DNA of 64,000 nt from Lytechinus pictus (lineage: Eukaryota), in NCBI RefSeq assembly GCF_037042905.1, contig NC_087251.1, positions 20,832,001-20,896,000 on the forward strand, in the 5' to 3' direction. Made by a program: the position numbers and the translations under genes. Shown piece by piece: positions 62,801 through 64,000 of this stretch (its first letter is position 1; each line of letters opens with the position of its first letter). The notes below the pieces were generated by a model. It saw only the letters and a program-made list of their open reading frames with translations. It was not told the DNA's origin and made no database searches.

Positions 62801-64000
62801 CATACCACCCAACTACTATGGTTTATGCAACATTATTTCCGGCATTGCTGTGACATTCCGGTTGGGCTTCAACTCAGCTCAGGTCAGTTTATCCAGAAAA
62901 CGAATTCCCTCAGTTTAACTCTGTATTATTGCATGGAGAATTCACGATTATTAATTTATTGACACGAAGGGCTTACAGCTTTGAATAGTGTATTAATTCA
63001 CTGAACAGATATTTTGATATGTTTTCATGGAATGGGTGGGTTTATAACAATACCAAGATTCCAATATGCCTGTAATGAAATGTGATATTTGAGGGAACAT
63101 GTACCCACAAAGCCTTGAAGGCCTTTCTTTGGGTTCTCTCATTTAATTTCTTATATATATGTTTTTTTAGTATTATATAATGTGATATTCATATACGGTA
63201 TACTTTGAAAGTATCTTTTTATGGAAATTAAATGAATGGAACCAACAAACAATATAAAAAAATTGTCATTTTTTGCAGTCTTCAAGGGCATAAATATTTC
63301 TATATTTGATGGAAACTTCATGAATAGGGATATTTATAGTGATTGTGTACAAGAGGTGAATAAAATGACAACCTTTATCTTTCTAAATTTGTTAACAGAC
63401 CAAGAAAGTTGTGATCCTCTTCTCAACCAAAGTATTTACTGTCATGTTTGATCTGATCATCCTTGTCTTCATCATTATGTAAGTATTATATCCCATAATG
63501 TTAGGGTCATGTGATGTACTGAATAGGCATAGTATTGAACTGAAGCTGAAATGCGTTACAACCACAAGGTAGTCTAAATCTGTTTTCAGGCTTGTAGGTG
63601 TTCAGAAACACAAATAACATATTAGATATGTCAGTGTGTGCATGGGCTATATGAGCTTATTTACACTTTTTCAGAAGCTCTATGCAAAGATTTAAAATCC
63701 CTTTTGTATATTCAATTATGCATTTCCAATTCTTTATTGGAACATTTTGTAAAAGTGAGTGTGGTAGAAATGAGTGATATGATCAATTAGATTACTTTAA
63801 CATATTTTACTCGAATGATTTCTTTAATTTTGTTGTGCAGCTTCCTTGCATTGGCGCTAGGATAGAAGTAAATCATATGTAAATATGAGTGATATATTCA
63901 GTGAGATTCCTTTAATTTGTCTGATTATAATGAGTGATATCATTTTGTTATACAGCTTCTTTGCATCTGTGCTGGGATGGGAGTTGTTTTATGGTATTAC
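46937..64000 (+). CDS. Two-pore channel (TPC/TPCN)-family cation channel, divergent; 16 coding exons visible, 3' end outside the window
   Basis: Spliced translation shows TPC hallmarks in order: LAAAHIDDAISGR (pre-S1), LTFFEPP (IS1 end), RLAQPFRCLR (IS4), LFVLLSTENYPDLMIPAY (pore I), LAIIVDSY (IS6), EF-hand linker, then a second 6TM repeat up to FFASVLGWELFYG (IIS5). All introns are GT-AG with matching phases. Confidence 0.9.
48341..48839. mobile_element. Related TTAA MITE subfamily
   Basis: TTAA|AGGGATGGTCCAGGCT..AGCCTGGACCATCCCT|TTAA; perfect 16-bp TIR. Confidence 0.88.
49286..49431 (+). CDS. TPC-like exon 2
   Basis: atcag|HDALTETFTELKGEDRELKLAAAHIDDAISGRGKYGKARAFFKSKQGR|gtaagt. Confidence 0.88.
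50445..50543 (+). CDS. TPC-like exon 3 (IS1)
   Basis: acag|WCFKMINNKYFKYLVLLMATVHLILTFFEPPSS|gtaagt. Confidence 0.9.
53587..53715 (+). CDS. TPC-like exon 4 (IS2)
   Basis: tgtag|MSTSPAILAITPLCILVYAADVGVHMGFLSWPVFWSLDENRWI|gtgaga. Confidence 0.85.
54287..54359 (+). CDS. TPC-like exon 5 (IS3)
   Basis: ttcag|RRELVFTCMYIIDYVMLVTQTFVDV|gtaagt. Confidence 0.85.
54744..54854 (+). CDS. TPC-like exon 6 (IS4, S4-S5 linker)
   Basis: ttaag|RLAQPFRCLRAAIILCKLNNVQHIWDVVMSIVIKLGK|gtactt. Confidence 0.87.
55168..56092 (+). repeat. 39-bp minisatellite, about 24 copies; unit contains the reverse complement of the mature tRNA-Leu 3' end
   Basis: Consensus GTGTATTTAA-TGGTGGCAGCGGTGGGATTCGA-GTCCCAG repeated with 39-nt period; lies in the intron after TPC-like exon 6. 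Confidence 0.95.
57008..57138 (+). CDS. TPC-like exon 7 (IS5, turret)
   Basis: attag|VFVIIIVFIILFSAIGVHLYTDTYHNIEQESSNCTGNSTNVYV|gtaagt; NCT and NST glycosylation sequons. Confidence 0.88.
57780..57846 (+). CDS. TPC-like exon 8 (pore helix/filter I)
   Basis: tgcag|GAFDHVGITSLRLFVLLSTENYP|gtaagt. Confidence 0.92.
58021..58241 (-). mobile_element. tRNA-derived SINE (different family)
   Basis: On the - strand: tagctcagtcggtagaaca..ggttcgattccc head followed by non-tRNA body and simple-repeat tail. Confidence 0.75.
58441..58562 (+). CDS. TPC-like exon 9 (IS6)
   Basis: tgtag|DLMIPAYATSHWNFLYFGIFLFVGVFFLTAIMLAIIVDSY|gtatgt. Confidence 0.92.
59158..59308 (+). CDS. TPC-like exon 10 (linker, EF-hand 1-like)
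   Basis: tgcag|WSFAKKHVKKERARERAELAKAWNLLDPLGQGSLPKDDGRFLKLLRILKPH|gtgagt. Confidence 0.9.
59718..59855 (+). CDS. TPC-like exon 11 (EF-hand 2)
   Basis: cacag|HTEEMNLQLIDYLDHNDDGQIDSLQWTIRLNEALSFEFEEDKFYDM|gtaaga. Confidence 0.9.
60521..60627 (+). CDS. TPC-like exon 12 (IIS1)
   Basis: tacag|DTNSSKYVYAIQSFSQKIVRSSIYSKIVLVLILLH|gtaaat. Confidence 0.87.
60972..61062 (+). CDS. TPC-like exon 13
   Basis: tacag|SILFCLKWHDMDEMARMTIQILKTTILSIFA|gtaagt. Confidence 0.85.
61180..62193. mobile_element. Outer MITE with telomere-like (ccctaa) internal repeats, interrupted by 61339-62166
   Basis: TIR acatttgctccggcgacaattgctc / gagcaattgtcgctggagcaaatgt. Confidence 0.8.
61339..62166. mobile_element. MITE with CAG TSD nested in another MITE
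   Basis: cag|GGGTGGTATTCTGAG..CTCAGAATACCGCCC|cag; internal ttttatct/agataaaa arrays. Confidence 0.85.
62688..62882 (+). CDS. TPC-like exon 14 (IIS2-IIS4)
   Basis: aacag|VEVLLRIMSEGKNLMQVVEILDIILIVIGLASNIPIYFIPPNYYGLCNIISGIAVTFRLGFNSAQ|gtcagt. Confidence 0.87.
63399..63478 (+). CDS. TPC-like exon 15
   Basis: aacag|TKKVVILFSTKVFTVMFDLIILVFII|gtaagt. Confidence 0.83.
63956..64000 (+). CDS. TPC-like exon 16 (IIS5, truncated by window end)
   Basis: tacag|IFFASVLGWELFYGI.., matching the S5 consensus FAxxGxELF. Confidence 0.85.

Noticed and set aside
46937-64000. Assigning TPCN1, TPCN2 or TPCN3 (or CatSper/CaV) as gene symbol
   Set aside because: The two-repeat + EF-hand layout is TPC-like, but the filter, IIS4 and N-terminus match none of the canonical paralogs; a phylogeny is needed.

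Overview
AT-rich, intron-rich animal genomic DNA. The repeat content (tRNA-derived SINEs, TTAA MITEs, HINE/Helentron-type modules) suggests a marine invertebrate, probably an echinoderm such as a sea urchin; this is inference. Three + strand spliced genes were reconstructed by hand, all with GT-AG junctions and matching phases. (1) A BTB-BACK protein with a C-terminal MATH/TRAF-like domain (BTBD17-like; exons 7481-7921 and 15135-16241; about 515 aa). (2) DNAJC17 (10 exons, 24360-34992, 315 aa). (3) A two-pore-channel (TPC)-family gene (16 coding exons from 46937, running off the window end; about 859 aa seen). The channel is highly atypical: acidic domain-I filter STEN instead of TTAN, almost uncharged domain-II S4, near-canonical EF-hand, and a ~300-aa disordered N-terminus with dileucine, DSGxxS and SP-repeat motifs. 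The most unexpected non-coding signal is a ~24-copy 39-bp minisatellite in an intron of that channel gene (55168-56092). Its unit contains the 22-nt reverse complement of the mature tRNA-Leu 3' end including CCA, i.e. a tandem array of PBS-like / 3'-tRF target sites. The rest is a dense set of non-autonomous transposons, including nested MITEs, a ~630-bp foldback, a 35-bp mini-element and probable excision footprints.
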